Source: Longimicrobiales bacterium
Lineage (GTDB): Bacteria > Gemmatimonadota > Gemmatimonadetes > Longimicrobiales > Gaopeijiaceae
Reading direction: 5' to 3'
NCBI GenBank assembly: GCA_965202805.1
Contig: OZ241869.1
Coordinates: 1,888,001 to 1,952,000, forward strand
DNA: 64,000 bases
The notes under the pieces were generated by a model. That model made no database searches. It saw only the letters and a list, made by a program, of their open reading frames with translations, and was not told the origin of the DNA. Every line of letters begins with the position of its first letter. The first letter of the stretch is position 1. Both the position numbers and the translations under genes were made by a program. Positions 9,396 to 20,405 of this stretch are shown here, in pieces.

Positions 9396-12300
9396 ATGGA
9401 CGACCTTCGTTTCCGAACCCGTCAGGCGTGCTCGCGCGCCGGCCGCACGTTCTCCCGCTGCCTCCGTGGACTGCCGGTCTTCGCCGCGCTCGCCGCGCTG
9501 CTCCCGCTTGCGTCCACGGTGGGCCCCCCCGCCTCCTCCGCGGACGGCTTCTCGACCGGGGACCCGCCCCGCGCCGGCGAGGTCGCCCGCTTCCTGCTGC
9601 CCGGTGCGCTCCACGCCCAGGAGGCCGACGCGGACGACCCGGCGGAGCTCAACTCCGGCCTGCTCTCGTCCTTCAGATGGCGGAGCATCGGGCCCGCGGT
9701 TGCATCGGGGCGCATCGCCGACATCGCCATCGACCCGACCGACCGCAGCACCTGGTACGTCGCGGCCTCCTCCGGGAACGTCTGGAAGACCACCAACGCG
9801 GGCACCACCTGGACTCCCATCTTCGACGACTACGGGTCGTACTCCATCGGGGCCATCGCGCTCGACCCGAACGACCATCTCACCCTCTGGGTGGGCACCG
9901 GCGAGAACAACGGCCAGCGCTCGGTGGGCTACGGCGACGGCGTCTACAAGTCGGTCGACGGGGGGCGCTCGTTTGCGAACATGGGACTCGAGACCTCCGA
10001 GCACATCGGCATGATCGCGGTGCATCCCGACGACTCGCGCACCGTCTTCGTGGCGGCGCAGGGGCCGCTCTGGAACGCGGGCGGGGAGCGCGGGCTCTAC
10101 CGGACGCGGGACGGCGGCGAGAGCTGGGAGCGGGTGCTCGAGATCGACGAGCACACGGGAGTGAACGAGGTCTACTTCGACCCGCGCAACCCCGACGTGA
10201 TGTACGCGTCCTCGTGGCAGCGGCGCCGGCACCAGTGGACGATGATCGACGGGGGCCCGGGCTCGGGCATCCACAAGTCCACCGACGGAGGCGAGACCTG
10301 GCGGGCCATCAACCGCGGACTGCCCTCGGGGGACAAGGGCCGTATCGGGATGGCGATTTCGCCGATCAACCCGGACGTACTGTACGCGATCGTCGAGGCG
10401 TCGGGGAACGACGGCGGGACTTTCCGCTCGGAGAACATGGGCGAGAACTGGAGCCGCACGTCACGCTACCAGTCGACCGCGCCGATGTACTATCACGAGC
10501 TCTATGCCGACCCGCATCGCTTCGACCGCATCTATGCCATGGACACGTTCCTGGAGACGTCCGACGACGGCGGCGAGACCTGGAGCCGGCTGCCCACGCA
10601 GAGCGTGCACGTGGACCATCACGCCATCGCCTTCGACCCGGACGATCCCGAGCATCTGATACTGGGGAATGACGGGGGACTGTACGAGACCTTCGACTTC
10701 GGGGAGAACTGGAGCCACTTCACCAATCTTCCTCTCACCCAGTACTACAAGGTCGCGACCTCCAACGACGAGCCCTTCTATTACGTCTATGGCGGGACGC
10801 AGGACAACAATACCATGGGCGGGCCCTCGCAGACGCTGGGGGGCGGCATCCGCAACTCGGACTGGTATGTGACGCTGGGGGGCGACGGTTTCGATCCGGT
10901 CGTGGATCCCGAGAACCCCGACATCATCTATTCACAGTTGCAGCACGGGGTGCTGTCGCGCTTCGACCGGGGGAGCAAGGAGCGGCTCGATATTCAGCCC
11001 CAGGCCGACCCCGGCGGGCCGCCGCTGCGCTGGTACTGGGATGCGGGGCTGATCATGTCGCCGCACGACAATAACCGGCTCTATTTCGGGGCCCAGATCC
11101 TCTTCCGGAGCGACGACCAGGGCTCGAGCTGGCGCGCGGTCTCCGGGGATCTGTCGCGCAATATCGACCGCAATCAACTGGAGGTCATGGGGCGCGTGTG
11201 GAGCGTCGACGCCGTGGGCAAGAACCGGTCGACGTCGGTGTTCGGGCACATTGTGGCGATCTCCGAGTCGCCGCTGGTCGAGGGCCTCATCTATGTGGGC
11301 ACCGACGACGGCCTGGTGCAGGTCACCGAGGACGGGGGCGAGACCTGGCGGGAGATCGCGAGCCTGCCGGGCGTGCCGGACACGAGCTTCGTGCACGACG
11401 TGGAGGCTTCCCTGCACGATCCCGACGCCGTCTTCGCCGTGGTGAACAACTTCAAGCGCGGCGACTTCCGCCCCTACGTCCTGAAGTCGGAGGACCGCGG
11501 GCGGAGCTGGACCTCGATTACCGGCGGCCTGCCCGACAACAGCCCCTCCTTCTCGATCGTTCAGGACCACGTCGAGCCCGACCTCCTCTTCCTGGGGGCC
11601 GAATTCGGGGCCTTCGTGTCGGTGGACGGGGGCGAGTCGTGGATGGAATTCGACAGCGGGCTGCCCACGATTCCCGTGCGCGACCTGGAGATCCAGCAGC
11701 GCGAGGGCGACCTGGTGGCGGCGACCTTCGGGCGCAGCTTCTACGTCGTCGACGACTACACGCCGCTGCGCGAGCTGGCGCGGGGGTCGGAGGCCATCCT
11801 CGCGTCCGGGGGACACCTGTTCGAGGTGGCCGATGGTGACATGTACGTGCCCTGGAACCCCGGCGGGGCGAACGGGGCCGACTTCTATGCCGCGGACAAT
11901 CCGGAACTGGGCGTGACCTTCACCTACTGGGTCGGCGAGACGCTGCGCACCCGGCGGGCCGAGCGGCAGGCCGAGGAGAGGCGGGCCGCGGGGCGGGGCG
12001 AGGACACCCCGTACCCGTCCTGGGAGGAGCTGCGGGAGGAGGACCGCGAGGAGGCGCCGCGCGTGTTCCTTACGGTGCGCGACGGCGGCGGCGAGGTGGT
12101 GAACGTGGTCGGCGGCTCGACGTCGCGGGGCGTCCACCGGGCGGTCTGGAACTACCGCTACCCCGCGTACACGCCCGTGACCGGCGGAGGTGGCGGGGGC
12201 GGCTTCGGCGGCGGCAACGGGCCGATGGCGCTGCCGGGCAGCTACACGGTGTCGCTCGCGCAGCGGGTGGACGGGGAGGTGACCGAGCTGGCCGGCCCGG

Positions 12301-12830
12301 TCCCCTTCGAGATCGCCCCGCTCGCCACGCCCGTCATCGCCGCCCAGGACCGGGCGGCCGTGCTGGCCTTCCAGCGCGAGACCGGTGAGCTCCTGCGCGC
12401 CGTCACGGGTTCGCAGCGCGCGGCCGCGGGGGCCGCCCAGCGGATCGGCGCCGTCAAGCAGGCGCTCGAGCGCTGGCCCGCCGCGCCGGACGGGCTCATG
12501 GGCGAGGCTCGGACCCTGGAACTGCGCCTGTTCGACCTGCGCGAGACCCTCGACGGCTCACGCACGCGGGCCTCGCGCGCCGAGCCGGATCTGCCGGGGA
12601 TCGCCGGGCGGGTCAACCAGGTCGTGCGCGGGCACTGGAACGGCACCCACGGGCCCACGGGAACCCACCGCGAGCAGTACCGCGTCGCGCGCGAGGCCTT
12701 CAGCGCCATGTACCCCGAGCTGCAGCGGCTGGTCGAGACCGACCTTCCCGCGCTGGAGGGGCGGCTGGAGGCGGCGGGGGTGCCGTGGACGACCGGGCGC
12801 GCGCTGCCGAGCTGGCCGCCGGGGGGTTAG
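9396..12830 (+). CDS. VPS10/sortilin-like BNR-repeat beta-propeller (glycosyl hydrolase-like), exported
   Basis: WRSIGPAVASGRIADIA, many SxDGGxTW Asp-boxes, HVDHHA, GGTQDN, GGDGF. Confidence 0.88.
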   Translation: MDDLRFRTRQACSRAGRTFSRCLRGLPVFAALAALLPLASTVGPPASSADGFSTGDPPRAGEVARFLLPGALHAQEADADDPAELNSGLLSSFRWRSIGPAVASGRIADIAIDPTDRSTWYVAASSGNVWKTTNAGTTWTPIFDDYGSYSIGAIALDPNDHLTLWVGTGENNGQRSVGYGDGVYKSVDGGRSFANMGLETSEHIGMIAVHPDDSRTVFVAAQGPLWNAGGERGLYRTRDGGESWERVLEIDEHTGVNEVYFDPRNPDVMYASSWQRRRHQWTMIDGGPGSGIHKSTDGGETWRAINRGLPSGDKGRIGMAISPINPDVLYAIVEASGNDGGTFRSENMGENWSRTSRYQSTAPMYYHELYADPHRFDRIYAMDTFLETSDDGGETWSRLPTQSVHVDHHAIAFDPDDPEHLILGNDGGLYETFDFGENWSHFTNLPLTQYYKVATSNDEPFYYVYGGTQDNNTMGGPSQTLGGGIRNSDWYVTLGGDGFDPVVDPENPDIIYSQLQHGVLSRFDRGSKERLDIQPQADPGGPPLRWYWDAGLIMSPHDNNRLYFGAQILFRSDDQGSSWRAVSGDLSRNIDRNQLEVMGRVWSVDAVGKNRSTSVFGHIVAISESPLVEGLIYVGTDDGLVQVTEDGGETWREIASLPGVPDTSFVHDVEASLHDPDAVFAVVNNFKRGDFRPYVLKSEDRGRSWTSITGGLPDNSPSFSIVQDHVEPDLLFLGAEFGAFVSVDGGESWMEFDSGLPTIPVRDLEIQQREGDLVAATFGRSFYVVDDYTPLRELARGSEAILASGGHLFEVADGDMYVPWNPGGANGADFYAADNPELGVTFTYWVGETLRTRRAERQAEERRAAGRGEDTPYPSWEELREEDREEAPRVFLTVRDGGGEVVNVVGGSTSRGVHRAVWNYRYPAYTPVTGGGGGGGFGGGNGPMALPGSYTVSLAQRVDGEVTELAGPVPFEIAPLATPVIAAQDRAAVLAFQRETGELLRAVTGSQRAAAGAAQRIGAVKQALERWPAAPDGLMGEARTLELRLFDLRETLDGSRTRASRAEPDLPGIAGRVNQVVRGHWNGTHGPTGTHREQYRVAREAFSAMYPELQRLVETDLPALEGRLEAAGVPWTTGRALPSWPPGG

Positions 12831-12837
12831 ATCTCCC

Positions 12838-14484
12838 TCACCCGATCAGCTGCTCGTTCCCCGCACCGCGCTTCTTCAGGAGCCCGACGGCGACCGCGCG
12901 CGCGTCATCGAGCGTCCTCACGACCTGCTTCCGGGGCACGCCGTCCAGGATATCCAGGGTCCTGAGCGTCTCCGCCGGCTTGCCCGAGAGCCCCATCACG
13001 ATGACCTCGGTCTCCTCGCGCCCGGCGACGTCCAGGAGCTGCAGGATGAGCATCGCGGCGCTGTCGTCGAGGTAGGACACGTTGGTGAAGTCGAAGATGG
13101 TGACTTCGTGCTCCTTGATGTCTCCGCCGATCACGGCAACCAGCTTGTGCGCGGACGCGACGGTGAAGCTCCCCTTCAGGGCGACCAGGCCGACCCGGGC
13201 CGAGTACCAGTCCATGACCGCCGGATCCTCGTGTTCGGCGAAGAACATCTGATCGAGCAGGGGCACGGACACCACGCTGTCCAGCTCCAGGCTCTCCAAC
13301 TGCTGTGAATGGGCCATGCCGGCCACGATGAGCCCGATCGCGACGCCGGTCATCAGGTCCACGAACACCGTCAGCCCCAGCGTGACCAGCATGACGATCA
13401 TGTGCTCCCGCCGGAGGTGGTGGATGCGGGCGAGCATGCGCCAGTCGATGATGTCCCACCCCACCTTGATCAGGATGGCGGCGAGGACGGCGTGGGGAAT
13501 CGGCTCCACGAACTGGCCCAGCCCCAGGAGAAGACCCAGGACCAGCGCCGCGCGCAGGGCGCCGGAGACCGGTGTGCTGCCCCCGGCCCGGATGTTGACC
13601 ACCGTGCCCATGGTCGCCCCGGCGCCCGGCAGCCCGCCGATGAGCCCGGAGGCGATGTTGCCGATGCCCTGCCCGACCAGTTCGCGGTTGGCCTCGTGGC
13701 GAGTGCCGGTGATGGAGTCGGCGACCAGCGACGTCAGGAGGCTGTCCACCGAGCCCAGGATCGCGAGAATGAGCGCCGGCTGAACCGCGCTCACCAGGAA
13801 TCCCAGGGACGGCATCGTGAACTGAAGCGTCGGCAGGCCCGTCGGTATCTCGCCGATGACGGGGATGCCTCCCAGCCACAGGACTCCCGCCGTGGTTCCC
13901 ACGACGAGTGCGACCAGCGGGGGCGGGATCAGCTTCGCGTAGCGCTTCGGCCACACCAGGCTGGCTGCCAGCGTGAGCACCCCGATCGCCACCGCGGTCG
14001 TGTTCGCGGTCGCAAGCGCCTCCGGCATGGCCCGCAACGCGCCCATCGCCCCGCCGGCAGCCGGGGGCAGTCCGAGGAACGGCAGGCTCTGAATCATCAT
14101 GATGATGATGCCGATCCCGGACATGAAGCCGGACACCACCACCGCCGGCGTATAGGCCACGAAGCGCCCGATCCTGAGCACGCCCATGGCGATCTGCAGC
14201 AGCCCCGCCATGATCACGACGATCATGGCCTCCGCGAGCGTGGCGGAGTGCGTGGTGAGGATCGCCGCCATGGCGACGGTCATGGGCGCCGTGGGCCCCG
14301 AGATCTGTGATCGCGTGCCGCCGAACACCGCCGCGAAGAACCCCACCGCGATCGCGCTGTAGAGCCCCGCGGCCGCTCCCAGCCCCGACGCCACGCCGAA
14401 GGCCAGCGCCACCGGCAGCGCCACGATGGCCGAGGTGACCCCGCCGAAGAAGTCCCCGCGCAGCCTCTGATAGTCGTATGTCAT
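12838..14484 (-). CDS. SulP family inorganic anion transporter with STAS domain
   Basis: [42 protein letters not shown]-terminal [17 protein letters not shown]. Confidence 0.93.
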   Translation of the reverse strand: MTYDYQRLRGDFFGGVTSAIVALPVALAFGVASGLGAAAGLYSAIAVGFFAAVFGGTRSQISGPTAPMTVAMAAILTTHSATLAEAMIVVIMAGLLQIAMGVLRIGRFVAYTPAVVVSGFMSGIGIIIMMIQSLPFLGLPPAAGGAMGALRAMPEALATANTTAVAIGVLTLAASLVWPKRYAKLIPPPLVALVVGTTAGVLWLGGIPVIGEIPTGLPTLQFTMPSLGFLVSAVQPALILAILGSVDSLLTSLVADSITGTRHEANRELVGQGIGNIASGLIGGLPGAGATMGTVVNIRAGGSTPVSGALRAALVLGLLLGLGQFVEPIPHAVLAAILIKVGWDIIDWRMLARIHHLRREHMIVMLVTLGLTVFVDLMTGVAIGLIVAGMAHSQQLESLELDSVVSVPLLDQMFFAEHEDPAVMDWYSARVGLVALKGSFTVASAHKLVAVIGGDIKEHEVTIFDFTNVSYLDDSAAMLILQLLDVAGREETEVIVMGLSGKPAETLRTLDILDGVPRKQVVRTLDDARAVAVGLLKKRGAGNEQLIG

Positions 14485-16295
14485 GCAGTCCCCCGCTCCG
14501 CCTTGGCGATCACGGCCAGAAAGTCCTCACCGTAACGCTCCAGTTTGGTTTCGCCCACCCCGGTAATGCCAGCCAGCTCCTCCGGCGTGCCCGGACGGCG
14601 CTCGACCATCTCGCGCAGGGTGGCGTCGTGAAAGATGACGTATGGCGGCACACCCTGGGCCCGCGCCAGTTCCAGACGATGGGCGCGCAGCGCCTCCCAC
14701 AGCCCTTCATCCCACGTCGCCGGGTCGGGAGGCGGCCGCTCCGCCCGGGGCTTGCGCTTGCGGCTGGCCGCCGGCGGGCGCACGTCCCGGCGCATGCGCA
14801 CCGGCGTCTCGCCCCGCAGCACCGGCCAGCTCTCGTCGGTGAGCCGGATCGAGCCGAATCCCTCCATGTCGACCCACAGCAGGCCGCGCGCGACGAGTTG
14901 GCGGAACACCGAGCGCCACTCGTAGGGACCCAGGTCGGCGCCTACCCCCCAGGTCGGAAGGCGGTCGTGCCCGAAGCGCCGGATGCGGTCCGTTTCCCTG
15001 CCCCGCAGGACATCGATGAGGTACGCGGCGCCGAAGCGCTGGCCGGTGCGATACACGCACGACATGGCCTTCTGGGACGCCTCCGTCGCATCCCAGGTAT
15101 CGACCGGCGTCAGGCAGTTGTCGCAGTTGCCGCAGGGCTCGGGCATGGTCTCGCCGAAGTACGCGAGCACGGTCTGGCGGCGGCAGGTGGTGAGCTCGCA
15201 GTAGCCCAGCATCGCATCGAGCTTGCGCACCTCCAGCCGCTTGCGCGCCTCGCCCGCTTCCGATCCCTCCACCATGTTGCGCAGGGTCACGACCTCCTGA
15301 AGCCCGTACACCATCCATGCGCTGGCGGGGAGCCCGTCGCGTCCCGCGCGTCCCGTCTCCTGGTAGTAGGCCTCGATGCTTTTCGGCAGGTCGAGATGGG
15401 CCACGAAGCGGACGTTGGACTTGTCGATGCCCATGCCGAAGGCGATGGTCGCCACCATGACCACGCCCTCCTCGCGCTGGAAGCGGTCCTGGTTGCGCCG
15501 GCGTTCGGCGGCCCCGAGCCCCGCGTGATAGGGGAGGGCGTCCACCCCCTCGCCCTTAAGCCATTCCGCGGTGGCGTCCACCTTCTTCCGCGAGAGGCAG
15601 TAGACGATGCCCGCGTCGCCCCGGTGATGCATGTCGAGGAACCGACGGAACTGGGCGCGCGCATTGTTTTTCGGGACGACGCTGTAGCGGATGTTGGGGC
15701 GGTCGAAGCCGCTCACGAAGACGGGGGCGCCCCCGAGCCCGAGGCGGTCGACGATCTCGCGCCGGGTCAGCTCGTCGGCGGTGGCGGTGAGCGCGATGCG
15801 GGGCACGTCGGGGAAGTGCTCGCGCAGGGTGGAGAGCTGGAGGTACTCGGGGCGGAAATCGTGCCCCCACTGCGACACGCAGTGCGCCTCGTCGATGGCG
15901 AAAAGGGACAGCCGGGCCCGGGCCAGGAGGTTGAGCGTGCGCTCGCCGAGCAGGCGCTCGGGGGCGACATAGAGCAGATCCAGCTGCCCCGCGCGCACGG
16001 CGGCTTCCCCGTCCAGCACCTCCCGGTAGGAGAGGGAGGAGTTGAGGCAGGCGGCGCGCACCCCCAGTTGGCGCAGCGCCTCCACCTGGTCGCGCATCAG
16101 GGCGATGAGGGGCGAGACCACGACCCCGGTGCCCTCGCGCACGATGCCGGGAATCTGGTAGCAGAGGGACTTGCCGCCTCCGGTGGGCATGAGCACCAGG
16201 CAGTCGCCCCCGTCCACCATGTGGCGGATGATCTCCTCCTGCTGCCCCCGGAAGTCGGGGTAGCCGAAGGTGCGCTCGAGGACCGTTCGGATCAT
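14481..16295 (-). CDS. recQ: ATP-dependent DNA helicase RecQ
   Basis: [57 protein letters not shown] domain. Confidence 0.97.
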   Translation of the reverse strand: MIRTVLERTFGYPDFRGQQEEIIRHMVDGGDCLVLMPTGGGKSLCYQIPGIVREGTGVVVSPLIALMRDQVEALRQLGVRAACLNSSLSYREVLDGEAAVRAGQLDLLYVAPERLLGERTLNLLARARLSLFAIDEAHCVSQWGHDFRPEYLQLSTLREHFPDVPRIALTATADELTRREIVDRLGLGGAPVFVSGFDRPNIRYSVVPKNNARAQFRRFLDMHHRGDAGIVYCLSRKKVDATAEWLKGEGVDALPYHAGLGAAERRRNQDRFQREEGVVMVATIAFGMGIDKSNVRFVAHLDLPKSIEAYYQETGRAGRDGLPASAWMVYGLQEVVTLRNMVEGSEAGEARKRLEVRKLDAMLGYCELTTCRRQTVLAYFGETMPEPCGNCDNCLTPVDTWDATEASQKAMSCVYRTGQRFGAAYLIDVLRGRETDRIRRFGHDRLPTWGVGADLGPYEWRSVFRQLVARGLLWVDMEGFGSIRLTDESWPVLRGETPVRMRRDVRPPAASRKRKPRAERPPPDPATWDEGLWEALRAHRLELARAQGVPPYVIFHDATLREMVERRPGTPEELAGITGVGETKLERYGEDFLAVIAKAERGTA

Positions 16296-16390
16296 CCCGG
16301 CCTCATCGCCGAACGGGCGCCGCCCCGGCAGTCAGCGTCACCTGAGCCGCCGGACGACATCCCCGCCGGCGCGACCCGCTACGCGACCGG

Positions 16391-17980
16391 TCAGGGGTTC
16401 ACCAGCTCCGGGAACCCGGGCGGCGGGCGCCGGTGGCGCGTTCCCTGCTCGTAGGCGTAGGCGAGGCGGAAGAGCAGGCCCTCTTCGTACGGGCGCGCGA
16501 GGATCTGAAGCCCCGCCGGATGGGCGCCTTCCGTGAACCCCATGGGCACGGTGATGGCGGGCATCCCGGTGGCGGGCGCGACCCGCTGGCTGTTGTCGCC
16601 GCTGTACTCCTCGTTGCTGCGGTCGATGTGCGCGGGCGGGCTCAGCCAGGTGGGATAGACGACTGCGTCCAGCCCGGCGGCGTCCATCGCGCCCGTCAGG
16701 TCGGCCAGGTAGCCCTGGCGCTGTTCGTTGTCGAGGTAGTCCGGGCAGGGCGGATCCCATTCGGCCGGGGGGACGTCGAGCGGCATCCCCTCCGAGCGGC
16801 GCAGCCCGCTTTCCGCGTCGCCGCCGAACTCGCCGGTCTCGAGCACGGCCAGCACGTCGGTGAACGGGGCCGCGTCTCCCAGCGACTGCAGGTAGACGTA
16901 CATGTCGTAGCGGAAGCGGCGGCAGGACATGCCCTCGCGCTCCAGCTGCGCCTGCACGTCGAAATCGAAGGGATCGACGATCTCGGCGCCGAGCCCCGCC
17001 AGCTCCCCGAGCGCGTTCTCGAAGACGGCCACGACCTCCTCGTCGGCGTCCTCGGTGTCCACCAGGGCGCGCAGGACCCCGATGCGCGCGCCCGCGAGGC
17101 CGTTCGCATCCAGGAACGCGGTGTAGTCGTCCTCCTTGCGCCCCTGCCCCGCCTCCGTGTAGGGGTCGGCCGGGTCGTAGCCGGCCACCACGTTGAAGAG
17201 CCGGGCCACATCCTCAACGGTGCGCCCCATCGGGCCGGCGATGTCGCGGTCGAAGGCCAGGGGCACGACGCCGTCCCGGCTGGTGAGCCCGATCGTCGAG
17301 CGGATCCCCACCAGCGCCAGGCGCGAGGAGGGCCCGCGGATGGAGTTGCCGGTGTCGCTGCCGAGCCCGATCAGCCCGAAGCCGGCCGCGACCCCCGACG
17401 CGGTGCCCCCGCTCGACCCGGCCGGCACCCGGTCCGGGGCGTAGGCGTTGCGGGTCGTGTCGAACGACGAGCTCACCGACTGGCGCGGGCTGAACGCCCA
17501 CTCGGCCATGTTGGTCTTGGCCACCACGATGGCGCCCTCCTCGCGGATGCGGCGCACCATGAAGGCGTCGTCGGGCGGCACGCTCGCGGCCAGCCCGATC
17601 GAGCCCGCCGTGGTGACCATGTCGTGGGTGTCGAAGTTGTCCTTCACCAGCACGGGGACGCAGAAGAGCGGGCCGGGCTCCTCTCCGGCGGCCAGCGCCG
17701 CGTCCAGCTCGCCGGCGCGGTCGAGGGCGGCGGGGTTCACCACCGTGATCGCGTTGATGCGGTCCTCGTAGGCTTCGATGCGGTCGAGGTGGGCCCGGAC
17801 CACCAGGCGGCAGGTGGTTGCGCCGGAGAAGATGGCCTCCTGCACCCCGGCGATGGTGGCTTCCACCACGTCGATGGGGCCGGGAGGGGCGGCGCAGGCG
17901 GTTGCGGCGAGGGCTGCGGCCAGGGCGATGGCTGTGGGTGCGCATGCGCCCGTGCGGGCTGGTCCTGTCTTCCCTTCCAT
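16391..17980 (-). CDS. amidase (amidase signature family), probable lipoprotein
   Basis: KDNFDT, AGSSGGT, GSDTGNSIRGP; coupled to upstream stop; hydrophobic signal ending ATAC. Confidence 0.9.
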   Translation of the reverse strand: MEGKTGPARTGACAPTAIALAAALAATACAAPPGPIDVVEATIAGVQEAIFSGATTCRLVVRAHLDRIEAYEDRINAITVVNPAALDRAGELDAALAAGEEPGPLFCVPVLVKDNFDTHDMVTTAGSIGLAASVPPDDAFMVRRIREEGAIVVAKTNMAEWAFSPRQSVSSSFDTTRNAYAPDRVPAGSSGGTASGVAAGFGLIGLGSDTGNSIRGPSSRLALVGIRSTIGLTSRDGVVPLAFDRDIAGPMGRTVEDVARLFNVVAGYDPADPYTEAGQGRKEDDYTAFLDANGLAGARIGVLRALVDTEDADEEVVAVFENALGELAGLGAEIVDPFDFDVQAQLEREGMSCRRFRYDMYVYLQSLGDAAPFTDVLAVLETGEFGGDAESGLRRSEGMPLDVPPAEWDPPCPDYLDNEQRQGYLADLTGAMDAAGLDAVVYPTWLSPPAHIDRSNEEYSGDNSQRVAPATGMPAITVPMGFTEGAHPAGLQILARPYEEGLLFRLAYAYEQGTRHRRPPPGFPELVNP

Positions 17981-18954
17981 CACTTGATCTCCTCCAGCAG
18001 TTCCACGTTGCGCAGGCCCTCGCGCGCGTCCACCGCCGGAGGGCGGCCGTTGCGCACCGCCGCGGCGAAGTCCGTCAGCTCGCCCACATAGGGGTTCTGG
18101 ACGACGTAGGGCACCATTCCCGCCCTGGTGAAGACCGTCCCCGCGCCCCGCGGCCCCAGGGTGTGGTTGCCGATCACGTATCCCTGGTCGCCGTAGACCT
18201 CCACCCGCGAGGGCGACTCGAACTGCACCGAGGAGCAGAACTCCGCGGTGGCCCCCGACTCGAAGGTCACCGCCACCAGGGCGCTCTCGTCCCGGGGCCC
18301 GCCCCACACCGCGTTGCTGGTCATGGAGCGCACCTCCACGACCTCGCCGCAGCCCGGCATCATGAACCAGCGGATCATGTCGAGGCAGTGGGTGCCCACC
18401 CCGGCCAGGCTCCACCAGCGCCCCACATCCGACCCGGCGCGCCAGTTGGAGTCGTCGGGCGCCGGCCAGGTCCACTGCACCCGCATGTGCCGGAGCGCCC
18501 CGAGCGCCCCGCCCCTGATGAGCCGCTCCATGGCGCGGTGGCCGCCGTGCCAGCGCAGGTGGTAGGCAACCCCCACGGTGACGCCTGCGGCCTCGGCGGC
18601 CTCCGCCACCCGGCGCCCGTCCGCCGACGAGGTCACCATCGGCTTCTCCACGAAGACGTGCTTGCCCGCCGCGATGGCCGCGAGCGCCTGGTCGGCGTGA
18701 AGCGCGTCCGGCGTGGCGATCAGCACGGCATCGAGTCCCGGATCGGCGAGCATCTCATCCAGGCGCTCGTAGCCCGGATGCGGCGCCCTCGCCCGATGGC
18801 GTCGCGCGAAGTCGCCCGCCCGCCCGCGGCTCCGGCTCAGCACGCTCCACAGTCGAAGCCCCGAGGCCGAGGCCAGGGCCGGGGCCAGCTGGGTCTCGGA
18901 GATGCGCCCGGTGCCCAGCAACGCCACCCTGAGGGGCTTCGGCTTCATGCTCAT
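17980..18954 (-). CDS. Gfo/Idh/MocA family oxidoreductase
   Basis: LRVALLGTGRI, DAVLIATPDALH, GKHVFVEKPM. Confidence 0.92.
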   Translation of the reverse strand: MSMKPKPLRVALLGTGRISETQLAPALASASGLRLWSVLSRSRGRAGDFARRHRARAPHPGYERLDEMLADPGLDAVLIATPDALHADQALAAIAAGKHVFVEKPMVTSSADGRRVAEAAEAAGVTVGVAYHLRWHGGHRAMERLIRGGALGALRHMRVQWTWPAPDDSNWRAGSDVGRWWSLAGVGTHCLDMIRWFMMPGCGEVVEVRSMTSNAVWGGPRDESALVAVTFESGATAEFCSSVQFESPSRVEVYGDQGYVIGNHTLGPRGAGTVFTRAGMVPYVVQNPYVGELTDFAAAVRNGRPPAVDAREGLRNVELLEEIK

Positions 18955-18955
18955 G

Positions 18956-20134
18956 TCAGCGGACCGCCATCATCTGAATCTCCACGCCGAGGCGCCCCAC
19001 CAGCGGCAGGCCCGCCACCGTCGGCTCCGGTGCCCCTTCCGGCATCACTTCGCCCAGGACTTCCAGCACCGCTTCCGCGTCGCGCACGTCCGTCAGGTAG
19101 ACCCAGACGTTCCGCACGTTGGAAAAATCCATCTCAGCAGCTGCCAATGTTGCATTTAACCTGTCCAGCGTGTTGCGCGTCTGCGCGGGGATGTCCTCCC
19201 CCGCCGCCAGCATCCCCGCCAGCCAGAGACGAGCCCCAGTGTCGATGGCCGGCGAAAGCGGCGCGCGGCCCGGACCCTGGCCCGCGGGGCGGACCACCGC
19301 GCGGGCATCGGAGCTCTCGGCGACGCACTGGATCTCGACCAGGAAATCGGAGTTCATGAGCCCGCCGCGCACCGCTGCCCGGGCCGGCGGATCCTCCGCG
19401 GTGACGAACTCGCGGTAGGCCTCGTTCATGTCGCCCCACAGGCGCACGTCGTCCAGGAAGACCTGACAGCTCACGAGATCCCCGTAGTCCATGCCCGCCG
19501 CCTCCAGAACCATCCCGATGTTGCCGAACACGCGCCGGGTCTGCGTCTGCACGTCGCCGCGCACCGGCTGGTAGGTCTCCGGGTCGCGGCTGGTGGCGCC
19601 CGCGACGAAGAGGACGTCGCCCGCCCGGATCCCCCACGAATAGGGGAGCGCCGGCGACTGCAGCCCGGAGGGCGAAATGACCTCGGTGTCGTCGGGCGTG
19701 GCCACCGCCGAGATCTGGATCAGCGCGTCCACGTCGGGCAGGTCGGCCTCCACGGTGGCGCGCGTGGGCGGATTCTCGGCGAAGTAGGTCCGGTAGATGC
19801 CGTTCATCCCCTGAAAATGACGGGGGTCGCGCAGGAACACGTTGACGGCGACGACGTCCTCGTATCCGAGCCCGTGCCCGGCGAGCTCCGCTCCCAGCGC
19901 ATCCAGCGTCGCCGTGGTCTGCTCCTCGATGGTGGTGAGCGCGACGTCGCCGTCCGAGGTCCCCGTGAGGTTGGACAGGAAGACGAGCTCCGGCGCCTGC
20001 GCGGAGGCCCCGGGCGCGCACGACAGCGCGAGCGGCAGGGCGAGCAGGACCAGTGCGGGGACGGCGGCGCGGCCGGCGCGGACACGCGATCCCGGGCTGC
20101 GGACATCGAGGAAGCGCGAACGGGACAGGTTCAT
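18956..20134 (-). CDS. RidA/YjgF family protein with three tandem Rid domains and signal/lipobox
   Basis: GGAGG RBS; LALSC; PPTRATV...LIQISAVA, PYSWGIRAGD...PPARAAV...VEIQCVA, PLSPAID...VEIQMMA. Confidence 0.85.
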   Translation of the reverse strand: MNLSRSRFLDVRSPGSRVRAGRAAVPALVLLALPLALSCAPGASAQAPELVFLSNLTGTSDGDVALTTIEEQTTATLDALGAELAGHGLGYEDVVAVNVFLRDPRHFQGMNGIYRTYFAENPPTRATVEADLPDVDALIQISAVATPDDTEVISPSGLQSPALPYSWGIRAGDVLFVAGATSRDPETYQPVRGDVQTQTRRVFGNIGMVLEAAGMDYGDLVSCQVFLDDVRLWGDMNEAYREFVTAEDPPARAAVRGGLMNSDFLVEIQCVAESSDARAVVRPAGQGPGRAPLSPAIDTGARLWLAGMLAAGEDIPAQTRNTLDRLNATLAAAEMDFSNVRNVWVYLTDVRDAEAVLEVLGEVMPEGAPEPTVAGLPLVGRLGVEIQMMAVR

Positions 20135-20405
20135 GGGATGACCTCCGGATGGGCGATGGAAGGCTCGCAGCCCTGATGGTAGCCGCGCCGGGCGCGCGCG
20201 CAAAGGGAACCGGGTGAAGTCGTCCCGGACGCCCCGGAATGCGCCCATCGGCCCGTCGGCTTGACTTGATCCGGCGCCCTCCCTACATCCAACCCACATC
20301 ACCGCCGGGACCTTCCGGGAGGGGCATCCACGCCCCCCGGCGTGCCTCCGTTTTCTCGACGGGGCACGGTGCGAGGCGGCACCGTCGCGGAGGATCGGCG
20401 CGCGC

